Origin: Squalus acanthias | Lineage: Eukaryota | Direction: 5' to 3' | Length of the DNA: 64,000 nucleotides | NCBI GenBank assembly: GCA_030390025.1 | Contig: CM059431.1 | Coordinates: 113,276,001 to 113,340,000, forward strand | Shown here: positions 13,323-25,631 of the stretch, piece after piece | How the letters are laid out: each line of letters opens with the position of its first letter | How positions within the stretch are numbered: position 1 is the stretch's first letter | Position numbers and translations under genes: made by a program | The notes under the pieces: generated by a model | Told to the model about the DNA's origin: nothing | The model's input: the letters and a program-made list of their open reading frames with translations, nothing else | The model's database searches: none

Positions 13323-13702
13323 AAAAAGTTTAAAGTTTATGGTTTTCCATACAGACTGCAGCATTTGACACATTAGACCCCCTGTGACCCCACCTCATTG
13401 TCTTAGTTGTATTTTGCTATGTCTTTGATATAATGTCTCCCTGACTGACCTGATTGTCTCTCTGCCGAGGTGTGATAAAAGGCAGTCAGAAAGATTAACT
13501 GTAGTCGTCTGACATTGTACGCTGCACAGGCATTGTTCTCTGTCTATATATGCTTTGCCGATTTGTATTCCTTCACTTCACCTGACGAAGGAGCAGCAGC
13601 TCCGAAAGCTTGTGATTTCAAATAAAACTGTTGGACTATAACCTGGTGTTGTGCGACTTCTCACTTTTGTCCGCCCCAGTCCAACACCGGGATCTCCGCA
13701 TC
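13323..13702 (+). mobile_element. Penelope-like element terminal fragment, family 2
   Basis: Homologous to both arms of 28231-28759; contains a hammerhead motif. Confidence 0.75.
13578..13615 (+). ncRNA. Minimal type-I hammerhead ribozyme motif
   Basis: UCAC-CUGACGA-A-GGAGC-agca-GCUCC-GAAA-GC-UU-GUGA; palindromic AAGCUU helix III. Confidence 0.8.
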
Positions 13703-14424
13703 TTTAACAAGGTACGTGGTGAATTAAGTAAAATTAAAACATTTTTTCCACAGGTTTATTATTTTTAAATACTTTAAAGAAAGGTAAGTTTATTTTTAGC
13801 CCCATTAAAAACTGTAATTAATTTTTTCAAAAATGTAAATTATTGTTTAAAATAGTTATTTTATGTAATTTATAGTTATTTTAAAAATGTGATGTTTTTA
13901 AAAAAATGTATTTGAAGTTTTAGTTAGGTTTTGGGGCCGATCTCTATTCATAGATTTGACAGGTCTTCCTGTCAAATCTATGAATGGAGATTCCCTGCTA
14001 CGATTGGCTCTCCATGGCCCACGTGATCCCAGGGGACGCTTCGAACTAACTGCGCCGCTGGGATCCGCGAGCACTGTACACCGGCAGCTGGAAGAGGCCC
14101 AGGACTCGAATCCCACGCGGGCCCACAGCACAACGGCAGGCGCGCTAGTTAAGTGCAGGTCGGGGGCTTGCACCCGCGGGAAGCCTCCGACCCGAATTTC
14201 TGGCCCATTAGCTCTTTCTGTCTCAGCTGTTATTATCTGTCTTTGGCAGGGATACAAAATTATGGCAAAATAAAAAAGGACATTCACCACAGCAAAACAC
14301 TGAACAATGACATTAAATCTAATTAAATGCTAACACAAAAGATTTAGGTCACTTTTTTATATTGGGGTAATTTTATAAAAGTGGACTCCCATTACAGAGC
14401 CCAAACTACAAGAGCACATATTTA

Positions 14425-15575
14425 AAAAAAATATATATTTATTCATTCATTGGATGTGGGCATCGCTGGCAAGGCCAGCATTTATTGCCCATCCTTAATT
14501 TCCCTTGGAAATGGTGGTGGTGAGCCGTCTTCTTGAACCGCTGCAGTCCGTGTGGTGAAGTGCTGTTAGGTAGGGAGCTCCAGGATTTTGACCCAGCGAC
14601 GATGAAGGAACAGCGATATACTTCCAAGTCAGAATGGTGTGTGACTTGAAAGGGAGCTTGGAGGTGGCGGTGTTCCCATGCGCCTGCTGCCCTTGTCCTT
14701 CTAGGTGGTACAGGTCGCGGGTTTAGGAGGTTCTGCCGAAGAAGCCTTGGCAAGTTGCTGCAGTGCATCTTGTAGATGGTACACACTGCAGCCATGTTAC
14801 GCCGGTGGTGGAGGGAGTGACTGTTAAGGTGGTGGATGGGGTGCCAATCAAACGGGTTGTTTTGTCCTGGATGATGTCGAACTTCTTGAGTGTTATTGGA
14901 GCTAATCTCATCCAGGCAAGTAGAGAGTATTCCATCACACTCCTGACTTGTAGATCGTGGAAAGGCTTTGAGGAGTCAGGAGGTGATTCACTCACCGCAG
15001 AAAACCCAGCCTCTGACTTGCTTTTGTAGCCACAGTATTTATGTGGCTGGTCCAGTTAAGTGTCTGGTCAATGGTGAGCCCCAAGATGTTGATGGTGGGG
15101 GATTTGATGATGGCAATGCCATTGAATGTCAAGGGGAGGTGGTTAGACTCTCGCTTGTTGGAGATGGTCATTGCCTGGCACTTGTGGGCACGAATGTTAC
15201 TTGCCACTTATCAGCCCAAGCCTGGATATTGTCCAGGTCTTGTTGCATGCAGAGATGGTCTGCTTCATTATCTGAGGAATTGCGAATGGAACTGAACACT
15301 GTGCAATCATCAGCAAACAGCCCCACTTCTGACCTTAAGATGGAAGGAAGGTCATTGATGAAGCAGCTGAAGATGGTTGGGCCTAGGACACCGAGGGTAG
15401 TACTGATTCATCAGCTGAGGGAGGGTGGTAGGTGGTAATCAGCAGGTTTCCTTGCCCATGATTGACCTGATGCCAAGAGACTTCATCGGGTCCAGAGTCA
15501 ATGTTGAGGGCTTCCGTGCCACTCCCTCTCAACTGTATACCATGGTGCCGCCACCTCTGGTGGGACAGGACATAC
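14425..15575 (-). mobile_element. Zenon-like CR1-superfamily LINE, 5'-truncated and degraded
   Basis: KCQAMTISNKRES…LGLTIDQTLNWTSHI…QVRSVMEY; same family as 49285-50063. Confidence 0.85.
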
Positions 15576-16495
15576 CCAGGCATGGATATTACGGCCTATT
15601 CACAGATGGGCAATGAGTGGCGCCTGCGTAATTGGTCAGATAGTCTTTGACGCACACAGCATGGTACTCCCGATTCTGCAATAGCAAAAGTTTTCATTTC
15701 AATTTCCGCTGCTGATAGACAAGACACCCGACAGCAGCATGGAGTTGTACAATTACTGCTACAGTTCATAGTTGCTCTTCATGTGTTGTCAACAGGGAAG
15801 GCAGGAAACGTTTTACATTTTTTGAGACTGCTTTTGAATCCAAACATTATGGAGCGGGGTGCTGAAAAAATAGACTGGATCATGGCAAATGCTTCCATTA
15901 AATATTAATGGCCCAGATTTTGCGGTCAGCGCGAACTGGAAGTTGCGCTAATTAGAATTCCAAAACAGCGCGCGCCCTCTACAGGGGATCTGGGGCCTGT
16001 GTGGAAAGGGCAAGCACCGCTGTGTCTCCTTACCCAATCACATTGAAGAGTTCTTACTAAGACACGGTATTTTCCAGTGACGAGTGTGCGGGTTTGGGGG
16101 TGGGTTGGCAGTTAAATTCGCAGAAATTGACAGTGCGCCGGAACCTCCCGTCATCCCTCTGAGTTCCGCATTTAACTCGGGCGCGTTTCAAGGCGTGCCA
16201 CGGACCTGTTCGGGAGTGGCAGGTGACCTCACCGAGGTCATTAACTGCTTGTTGAGAAACCCTTAACTGCCTTTTTAACGTCAGGTTTTGGCTTTAACTT
16301 CTTGCGCACGGGAGTCACGCACCTCGGGAACCTCATCTGTGAAGGGGAGGCGGAAGCTCAGTGGCCATTGTGCGAGTCTATTAAGTGACAGCTGGACAAA
16401 ACATAAAAACACTCACACATTTATATCCTAATATATCCAAATTTGCCGATGACACAAAGATAGGCGGCATTGTAGGCAGTGTAGATGAAAGCATT

Positions 16496-16814
16496 CACAG
16501 AATCACAGAATCCCCACAGTGCAGATAGAGGCCATTTCGGCCCATCGAGCCTGCACCAACACATATCCCACCCTATCCCCGTAACCCCACGTATTTAATC
16601 CCCCCTAACACTAAGGGTCAATTTATCATAGCCAAATCAACCTAACCCGCACATCTTTGGACTGTGGGAGGAAAACGGAGCACCCGGAGGAAACCCACGC
16701 AGACACGGGGAGAATGTGCAAACTCCACACAGACAGTCACCCGAGGCCGGATTCGAACCCGGGTCCCTGGCGCTGTGAGGTAACAGTGCTAACCACTATG
16801 CCACCGTGTTGCCC
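16496..16814 (-). mobile_element. HE1-type tRNA-derived V-SINE (elasmobranch)
   Basis: Head GGGCAACACGGTGGCATAGTGGTTAGCACTG with B-box GGGTTCGAATCC; V-domain TTCTCCCCGTGTCTGCGTGGGTTTCCTCCGGGTGCTCCG; CR1-like (ATTCTGTG)n tail. Confidence 0.9.
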
Positions 16815-17533
16815 TAGTGACTCCAAGTGACGAGGCCAATTCCCGGGTAGCAGGCAAAAATGGACAAGACGGGAAAGTAGCGCAAAGAAATAAATTTATG
16901 TGCGTCATAAATAGAACTGAATATTAACATTAACATTTTTTGATACACCCATGTGCATAGCCTTGTCCATCTAATATTGTGTCCTTTTTCCTTTTCCGAG
17001 TGCTTCTACGATGTGCAACCCCTATGGTTTCAGCAGAGGTAGAGGCAGGCTGCTCACTTTCCTGCTGCGACTGCTTAGACACTTTTGGCGGACAGCCTCT
17101 GGGTTTTGGAGCCTGTGAGGGCCCCGCCAAAGACTGCTCCTCCTGCGACTGTGCAGGGGCAGACTTGGCCACTGGGATCCGAGGCAGCATGTGGGGCTCT
17201 GACTGAGGGGGAAGCAACGGGGGAGAAGTGGGAACACTTTGAGAAGAGCCCCCACTTCCATGTCCCCTCTCAACATCATCCCCTGCACTTCCCTTCTAGC
17301 AAGGAGCTGGCGAGAACCTTGCTGCACATCAGTGGGGCGATGAACAAACAAGTCTAGGTTAATATCCTTCCTCGAGATGAGGTCAATGAGCGTCTGCAAT
17401 CTGTTGTTCACAGCAAGGATTAGCTGCTCCATGCAGGTGGCCATCCTTTCCATGGAATAGCACATCGTCGCCATCGCCTTCGAGATGGTAGTGCTCATGT
17501 TGGAGATGGACTCCTCCATTCTCTGTACATTTG

Positions 17534-19460
17534 TGTTAGAAATCAGGGGTGTCCAAAATATATATGGTTATGCGAACAAAATTGTGACGCGAATAATTCT
17601 GTGTTTACATGATTGTATTAGAACTGGAGGCAAAACATCTCTTCAGACTAGTATTAGAATAATTAGATAGATGCTTAGGGCTCGAATTTCCAAGCCCCGT
17701 GGAGGCGGGTTTGGAGGCGGGAGTGGTGGGAAAATTGCAGATTCGGGGGGCACGTACCCATCCCGCCCCCAACCCGCCTCCATGCCAATGTCCCAGGAGG
17801 AGGGTACCCGACCTGTGCTGGGAGCCGCCTCCCTGAGGCGGGAAGGGCATTAGTGCCAATTAACTGCCTGTTAACAGGTAGTTAACAGGCAGTTTTTTGG
17901 CTAATCCCTATTTTTAGCCCTGAAGTGTGGGCTGCCCGACGGCTCCAAACCACGCCAAGTTAACGAGGCGGACCGTCGGTCTGCAGGGCTTGGAGGGGTC
18001 GAGATGTCCGGTGTACAGGTGAGTGATGGGTGCATGAGTGCAGAGGTAAGTGTGTTTGGTGTGTGTAAAGTGTTTCAATAAGTTTTACTTACCTTTACTT
18101 TCTCCTCCAGGCTTCCTCCCTTCAGTTCTCGGGAGTCCCTCAGCTCACCGGCACAGAAAGCAGAATGGCCGCTGAACTGTCAAAAGCTGCAGCCTCTGCT
18201 TTCTGGTCTGGAGAGCTCTCTAACTGAGTCTGAGTAGAAGGACAGCTTCACAGAGCTGTCAAACGCTGATATTTCATCTGTCAAAAGCTCTTGACAGATG
18301 AAATGTCAATCGCTGACGTCACCAGTATCCAGGTGTCCCTTAATTGGCCTGCTGAGCCCGCTGGGCGGGCTTAACAAGGTCAATCAAGGGAAAGTAGCGT
18401 GGGTTGGCCACAAATCGATGGAGGTGGGACTACAACCCAAAAAGTGGGAGTCCCGTCTCCATCACGTCCCCATTGACAAAATCGAGCCCTTAGAATCTGC
18501 TTGTGTTTTGGTTCTCTGCGGATGTTATAGCATTCTGCAGTGCGACGGTCATAAATAATCTTGTTTCCAAGCTAACTATTTGCTGTTTTCAAGTTAGGAT
18601 GTCAACCTTGTTTATGTATCACTAATTGAACCAACTAAGGCCCAAAGCCTACATTTCTTCTATTATTACTAATAACCATGATATAACGCTAAGGTAGGAA
18701 TCAGAGTTAGCATAATAGAACTGCTTGTGAAGGTAATTAAAAGTTAATTAATATAAAAGACATAGAATAAAAGGAATTTAAGGGAGTTAAGGTATCCATC
18801 TCAGGATGGAGCAGTTTGCTAGATGAAAGTGAGATAACGACCGGCTGAATTGGGATAGCTCTAGCTTGGGCTTCATGATTGTACCAGGGAGGATAGGGAC
18901 CAGGGAGATAAGACACAAATTCCAAGGGAAGATCCTTCAGAAAGATTAAACAATAAGACAACTTGGCTGAGATCATGAGACCCCTTTAGGGGAGGGCTTT
19001 CATCCAAGAATTGAGACAAAGAACTTGACGCCCCATTGAGTACTGAGGTTTTAGGGGAACCTCTATAGGTTAATTGGCCTTGTCAATAATTTGACCTCAG
19101 GCCCAGCCCTAAAAAGAGAATAAAAGTAACACCCTGAGGGCTTGCCCCCACAAACGGTGGAGGGGAGAGCCAAGCAGAAGTTGGGCTGGCGAACGCTCTT
19201 TTGAGAGTGATCCCATGCTCACCAACTTGGAGGTTCTAGATGAGAGGAAGAGAGACCGCAAGCCAGAGAACTGTAACGCACGCCAGCCGTCTGTCCGATC
19301 GGGACCAGTACCAGCTGCTTGTCACGGTCATATATTTTTGCTGTATAATTTGCATGTTATATTCTGTCTTAAACTCTGATTAAACACAATATACCCACCA
19401 TATTGGTTTGCAGTCGCGCCTGATAATTTGAAGGAGATTGGTAATCTCTCCAAGCTAACA
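17534..19460 (+). mobile_element. Solo LTR (about 1.1 kb without the nested MITE)
   Basis: TGTTAG…CTAACA termini, 4-bp TSD TTTG; removing it restores the Myb reading frame AAMCANVQRMEES. Confidence 0.9.
17678..18489. mobile_element. Harbinger-type MITE inside the solo LTR
   Basis: TIRs GGGCTCGAATTT / AAAATCGAGCCC; TSD TTA. Confidence 0.9.
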
Positions 19461-19720
19461 TTTGCACACATCGCGGCGTCAAAAGCTGCCAGAGCCTCAT
19501 GCAATTGTTGCCACCCCTCCAAGATCAACCTTTTTCTCGATGGCCCCCGAGGTTCAGCATCTGCATGCAGCTCAGCAGAGCTTGGAGCGTCCTGCGCCCT
19601 CCGGCGAGGTGTCTCCACTGCTGTCCCTGTCAACACCATCTGCTCTTGCTCGCTTGTGAAGTGTGAGACACCAGGTGACAGCACCACTCTATCTCGCACA
19701 GGACCCACCGAGGTGTGTGT

Positions 19721-19820
19721 AATAAAAACAGAAAATGCTGGAAATACTCCGCAGGTCAGGCAGCATCTGTGGAGAGAGAAACAGAGTTAACGTTTCAGGT
19801 CGATGACCCTTCGTCAGAAC
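19721..19820 (-). mobile_element. About 100-bp Penelope family-1 insertion with hammerhead motif (19785-19820)
   Basis: GUU-CUGACGA-A-GGGUC-auc-GACCU-GAAA-CG-UU-AAC; flanked by the near-direct repeat AGGTGTGTGT/AGATGTGTGT. Confidence 0.8.
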
Positions 19821-20550
19821 AGATGTGTGTATCCGCGCTGGAGCTGGGTGTACATGGGTCTGCTGACGGTGCACCCTCAGAGACTGGAGCTCCCTCCTGT
19901 GGCTGGACAGTGGCGGGGAGGGGGGGGGGGGGGGGCGGGGGATGTGCTGGGCTTGTGAGGGAGTAAAGAGATGAATTAGAAGTGTTATGATAAGAATGGA
20001 TAACGTTACCATTATTCACATGATGACATTTCACTGGCTGCTGACATCAGTCACCATGACGTTGTATGTCATGTGGCTGTATGAGATTTAATTCCGTCAC
20101 CAGGTTGCTGGGAGGACCCCCTCTCTCCATCTCCCACCACCAGAAGCTCTGCAACTCCAGAGATCTCTAGGGTTTCCTCTGCTGCTGGAGTCAAATTTGT
20201 AAAGATTGGGGTCCCACCTCCAGTTCTCTGCCTCTCCCTGTTGTTCTGGGCTCTCTTCGCCTGTAAGGAGAGAAAGAAGAGAACTTTGAGTGAGAGTGAT
20301 GGAATGAGTGGAAGGAATGGATGTGCTATATCTGTAGAGGGTGACTATGAGGGAGTGGCGTGACATTGCCAAATGGCCTCCTTCTGTGGTGTTACTTGCT
20401 ACGGTTGCCTTAGGATGAGGGTAAGTGTATGTGGTGGTTAGTCAGATGAGGATGTGAGTAGGGGCATAGACAGAGAGAGATGGGTGGACCTGCAAGGTAG
20501 GTTGTTGTGAGGAGTGATGTGCAAGAGGAGGTTTGGGAAGGTAGAGTGAT

Positions 20551-21338
20551 TTGGTGTCAAAAACAGAAAGGCAGATTATTATCTGAATGGCAATAGATTG
20601 GGAGAAGGGGAAGTGCAACGAGACCTGGGTGTCCTTGTGCACCAGTCGCTGAAGGTAAGCATGCAAGTGCAGCAGGTGGTTAAGAAGGCAAATGGTATGT
20701 TGGCCTTCATAGCGAGAGGGTTTGAGTACAGGAACAAGGATGTCTTGCTGCAGTTGTACAGGGCCTTGGTGAGACCACACCTTGAGTACTGTGTGCAGTT
20801 TTGGTCGCCTTATCTGAGGAAGGATGTTCTTGCCATGGAAGGAGTTCAGCGAAGATTCACAAGGCTGATACCTGGGATGGCAGGAATGACGTATGAAGAG
20901 AGATTGGGTCGATTGGGCTTATACTCGCTGGGGTTTAGAAGAATGAGAGGTGATCTCATTGAAACTTATAAAATTCTGACAGGACAGGACAAACTAGATG
21001 CAGGAAGGATGTTCCCGATGGTCGGGGAGTCCAGAACCAGGGGTCACAGTCTAAGGATAAGGGGTAAGCCATTTAGGACTGAGATGAGGAGGAATTTCTT
21101 CAGCGAGAGACTGGTGAACCTGTGGAATTCTCTGTCACAGAAGGCAGTTGAGGCCAATTCATTAAATAGATTCAAGAAGGAGTTGGATATATTTCTTAAG
21201 GCTAAAGGGATCAAGAGATATGGGGAGAAAGCAGGGACAGGGTACTGAATTTGGATGATCAGCCATGATCGCATTGAATGGCGGAGCAGGCTAGAGGGGC
21301 CGAATGGCAGACTCCTGCTCCTATCTTCTATGATTCTA
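20551..21338 (+). mobile_element. Young CR1 LINE 3' fragment (open 216-aa ORF2 C-terminus) in Myb intron 1
   Basis: ORF 20598-21248 with LYRALVRPHLEYCVQFWSP…RTRGHS; 3' UTR and (TTCTATGA)n tail. Confidence 0.95.
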
Positions 21339-22089
21339 TGATGGGGTTGTGGTGACAGGCACATCAGGATGTAGTTGAGTGTGGCATTGCACGCACCTTT
21401 CCTGACCTCATGAGATCATTGAATCACTTGCGGCACTGGATCCACGTTCTCCTCACCACATCCCTGCCGCTGACCTCCTCTGAAATGTCTAGCCATGCCC
21501 TCTTTGCCTCTTTTGCTGGGCTTTTTCTTCCCTCCGCAGGGAAGAGGACCTCCCTGCGTGCTCTTACCCTCTGGGCCAGCACTTCCAGGGAGGCATCGTT
21601 GAATCTTGGTGTGGCCCTCTGCCTTTGTGTCTGCATGACCCACAGAATTGACAATGTTATTCAGCTATTTAGTGCTCTGGAAATTACCTTCAACATCCTA
21701 CAGCAACCTTCAAATGAGATGTGTGCTAGGCTGCTTTAAATATCTGTGCTGCAAACGAGTCATCGGTGACATCATCAGACCTACTCCATTGAATTGGGCC
21801 GGGAAGCACGCATGATCATTTTAATTGGTGCCAATGCGTTAATCGCGCAGTGCAGAACGCGCTGTTGAAATCTTCAGGATGCCGACCCGTTACGTGGTAC
21901 GCACGCACGCAACCCGACTCCAAGGTAAAGATTCCTGCCGCAGTCTCTAAACCAGGAAGTGTAAGTTAGAATATTTAATTCAATGTAAAATCATGTACAG
22001 AAGCAAAATAAAGAGAGGAAAAGCAAGATGGGATTAAGAGAGAGAGATACAAGAGACAGAAAGAAAAAGTAAAAAAATTAGATATTGTA

Positions 22090-23275
22090 ATTGTTCAAAG
22101 AGGTTGGTTCTAAGGAGGATCTTTAAGGAGGACAGGGGGGTGGAGAGGCAAAGGGCTAGAAATTCATGCATTTACCGAAACTCCGTAGCGCCATGAAATG
22201 GCGATAAAATGGCAGCCGCCGCTGTTTCGCCAGCTGGTGGCGGGTCCCGCGGTGGCCGCCATATTGCTCACCCCCAAGAATGGCCTGCACTGTCTCCTCC
22301 AAGGGGGTGAGGTGAAGCTAGGAATGGGAGATGTGCCTCGTCATTGGTGCAGATTGTTGGTAGGTGAGTGATTGAGTGACTGATTTGGGGTCGTGCATTG
22401 AGCAGTGTGTGAGGCTAGTGGTGCAGTTGGTAGGAGACGGCTTTTGAAGATGCATTCACTGACCTTGACCACTGGTCTGAGATCATGAAGCTTCTTTGGA
22501 CACTGGAGCCAGGTGGTCGGGGCGGCACTGCTGGCAGTAACGGCCTTAATGATACAATCCACATCGTTCTTTCTGGAGGGCCGCTCCTGCAGTGTTGACC
22601 CCCCTGCACAAAGCCGGAGTGCTGCGTGTCAGACCCTTGGTGCCCCTTCCCTGGGTTGCTGAGGCAGCTTTCCCATTTGTTGAGGTTAGGAAGGTAATTC
22701 AGCTTTAACAGCTGAATATTCACATTTGGAACTTCTTCTAAATGTTGAAAATTTTTTAAAAGGCAGAAAAGGCTAAAAAATGTAATGTATTGAGTCATTG
22801 CAATTTATTTTGTACTGCTTCAGTGTGCATGGCCCCTTTAAATCGCAGCCCTCTTCATTACCCACAATTCCTTGCGAGCTCCACAGCTTCGCTCCCAGAG
22901 GCTGTGGGAAGCTGCAACGCCGGACCTGGACGGAAACTTCGTCCCAGATCCCTCCAGCAACTCCACCAGGATGGCATTGCATGGAAGATGTGCGCTGCAC
23001 CACCTATCTCCATGCCCCCCAGACCAATTTCACTCGGTTAGTGTTGCGGCCATTTCCAGTGGCCGTTAACTGCAGTTGCCAGTAACACCGGCAACTTTGC
23101 TGGCGAACACGGATTTTTCCCCCAAAGAGTTTTAGGGAGGGAATTCCAGAGCTTAAGGCCTGGACAACTAAAGGCACAGGCACCAATAATGAACTGAAGG
23201 TGGGTGCACAAGGGGCCTAAGTTGGAGGATCGCAGAGTTCTCATAGGGTTGTAAGGCTGGAGAAGGTTACAGACG
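22090..23275 (-). mobile_element. L2 LINE 3' fragment interrupted by a Harbinger derivative
   Basis: Flanks match the L2 at 36690-36890 (RTLRSS…LWNSLP). Confidence 0.7.
22153..23123. mobile_element. Non-autonomous Harbinger with a Myb exon-1 remnant (minus strand, about 22460-22680)
   Basis: Degenerate TIRs GGGCTAGAAATTC / GGATTTTTCCCCC, TSD AAA; TWLQCPKKLHDL motif. Confidence 0.7.
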
Positions 23276-24307
23276 AGGAATGCGTAAGTAACCTGGCCAA
23301 TTTTAACTGCCCACTTACATGATTTCTTCCAGGCGGGTAGGGTTAAAATTGCCCCCAAAGCTTCTAAAATTTCTGTTAACCCCGAACAATTACTCACAAA
23401 ATGTGCTCTAACATGCAGTTTATTATTGCTGGTGCTATGGTGTAATTAGAAAGCAAAGTTTAAAAATGTCTCTAATTAACATGCAATCATCAATAATGCA
23501 TAAAGAAAGCTTGTTTTCGTAATTCTTAAGATCTATAACAAGCTTTCTATTCTGACTTTCTATGGTGGGATTCTGACCCCAAGTCATGAGACATTCCTGC
23601 AGTTGATTTTTATACTTCATGCTACATGTGACAATCAACAAAAATCATTCATGATATGATTACACATTTGAAGTCTGTGAAATTGTTCATTAGAATGGAG
23701 CATGCACAATTTCATAGTAAATGCTGCAAAATCTCGAAATAGATTTGTTTATTGAGACTTGTTTGTGCGAAAATATTTAAATCGCTAGTGTGCCTAAGTG
23801 ATTGCAATGGAGTATGCAGAGAAATAATCTGGGAACCTCGATTCAAAGAAAGAATTGCCGGAATGGTTTTCCAATAGACAAGACAGACTCAGATAAAAAG
23901 GATTCAAAAACGGACTGGACCACAGATGTTTATTTTTAAATCTTAACTATCAATAGATGTCTGGCATTTTTCAGGTTTAATTTCTTCATGGGAACTGTAA
24001 CAGCATCACAGTGCAAATAATTTTTTTTGTCTTTGACTGACATTTCCCAACTTGTAGGAAAGCATATGATACATATACATTCATATTGAGAGAGCATTTC
24101 AAGAACTTGAACCACACAGAATATACATTGAGGAAGATTATGTATAGTTTACCTACATATGCTCTAGTTGCAGCTCAAGCCAGAGAACTGTAACGCAGGC
24201 CAGCCATCTGTCCGATCAGGACCGGTACCAGCTGCTTGTCACGGTCGTATGGTTTTGCTGTATAATTAGCATGTTATATTCTGTCTTAAACTCTGATTAA
24301 ACACAAT

Positions 24308-25198
24308 GGGGGAAAATTTCGGTTGGTTTGCGCCTCCCGTTAGCGCCTTAAGAGGGCGCTAATGGGGCGCAAAGCAACTAGCGCCCGGGCGCGGCGATAT
24401 TTTCGCCGCTCACGAAATTGACTAGACATTTTGCGGCGGCGCAAAACACTACCGCCACGATCTCCTGCGCCCGCAGATCGTGACGTCAGTCGAGCGTGCA
24501 ACACCCCGGTAGCGCCCCGGACCGGATATTGAGTGGCACCCCCTGTCTTACCGCCTGCCGCTAGCAACAACAGGTTGAGGGGAGCGTTTTGCAGTCGGGA
24601 AGGGACTTGGGGAGCGCTATTTAAGGGCGACCGCTTCCTGCCTTTTTTTGTCGGCGCAATTTTTGCACCACGCATTCTGAGTGAGAGAGAGAGACTGCAG
24701 GAGATATTCAAAGCTGTGTTGAGGAGTTTTGGGCACTGAGCAGCACTTTGCAGGTTCTTTTTGATTTGATCTTCCTTGCATCGATTTAGAAGAGACTTGG
24801 GGGCTGCACTCTGAGCTCTTTCCCTGGGCCTCTCCGTTGTTCTTTCCAACAGATTTGATGTACAGGTCTCTCCAGGCCGAGATTCAAGGCTGCAATGAGC
24901 AGGGTGTGGATGGAGAGCAAGATCGACCCTCCCCTTTAAGAACTGGCCGGCGCCAGTGTGTCTGTGTTCCATCACTAACTGACATCACATGAGCTTCGCC
25001 AGCGCTCTGAGGTAGCGCCTTGCTCCTCGGCGCTAGTGCCTTAATAGAGGTGTGTAGCGCCTGATTTAGTGCTCCAATCAACTCCAGGGGAGATAGAAGC
25101 CAAGTTTGCAGTTGGAGGCGATAATTAGCGCCAGGCGCTAAACTTTGCGCCCGGCCGATAATTGTGCCCCAAACAGGGCAATACCGAATTTCTCCCCC
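24308..25198. mobile_element. Harbinger MITE, family A
   Basis: TIRs GGGGGAAAATTTCGGT / ACCGAATTTCTCCCCC; TSD AAT confirmed by the empty paralogous site at 19381-19400. Confidence 0.95.
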
Positions 25199-25530
25199 AA
25201 TATACCCACCATATTGGTTTGCAGTCGCTCCTGATAATTTGAAGGAGATTGGTAATCTCTACAAGCTAATATTTGCACACATCACGGCGTCAAAAGCTGC
25301 CAGAGCCTCATGCAATTGTTGCCACCCCTCCAAGATCAACCTTTTTCTCGATGGCCCCCAAGGTTCAGCATCTGCATGCAGCTCAGCAGAGCTTGGAGCG
25401 TCCTGCGCCCTCTGGCGAGGTGTCTCCACTGCTGTCCCTGTCAACACCATCTGCTCTTGCTCGCTTGTGAAGTGTGAGACACCAGGTGACAGCACCACTC
25501 AATCTCGCACAGGACCCACCGAGGTGTGTG

Positions 25531-25631
25531 CAATAAAAACAGAAAATGCTGGAAATACTCCGCAGGTCAGGCAGCATCTGTGGAGAGAGAAACAGAGTTA
25601 ACGTTTCAGGTCGATGTCCCTTCGTCAGAAC
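25531..25631 (-). mobile_element. Duplicated copy of the 100-bp Penelope/hammerhead insertion (stem II mismatch)
   Basis: Paralogue of 19721-19820; stem II reads GGGAC/GACCU. Confidence 0.75.

Larger units (their letters stand above)
12958..14206. mobile_element. Harbinger-type MITE carrying a Penelope insertion
   Basis: TIRs GGGCCAGAAATTC / GAATTTCTGGCCC; 3-bp TSD ATT (12955-12957, 14207-14209). Confidence 0.9.
16930..21636 (-). pseudogene. Harbinger Myb/SANT-like DNA-binding protein gene, 3 exons, disrupted
   Basis: Exon 1 21636-21397 (MQTQRQRATPRFNDASLEVL…W..I…RTWIQCRK), exon 2 with KRAQNNRERQRTGGG, acidic/coiled-coil exon 3 ending at 16930; broken by a stop and by CR1, PLE and LTR insertions. 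Confidence 0.85.
16062..21940 (-). mobile_element. PIF/Harbinger transposon, transposase-deleted, retaining the Myb/SANT gene; contains nested insertions
   Basis: Both ends are reverse-complement homologues of the ends of 52997-56054. Confidence 0.85.
15910..22080. mobile_element. Outer Harbinger-type MITE split by nested insertions (pieces about 15910-16061 and 21941-22080)
   Basis: Left TIR-like GGCCCAGATTTTGCGG; the right piece matches 12165-12245. Confidence 0.45.

Noticed and set aside
16740..16814. tRNA gene
   Set aside because: The A/B boxes belong to the tRNA-derived head of an HE1 SINE.
24340..24975. 211-aa ORF
   Set aside because: Lies wholly in a GC-rich MITE and the frame is not preserved at full length in the sister copy at 43465-44358.
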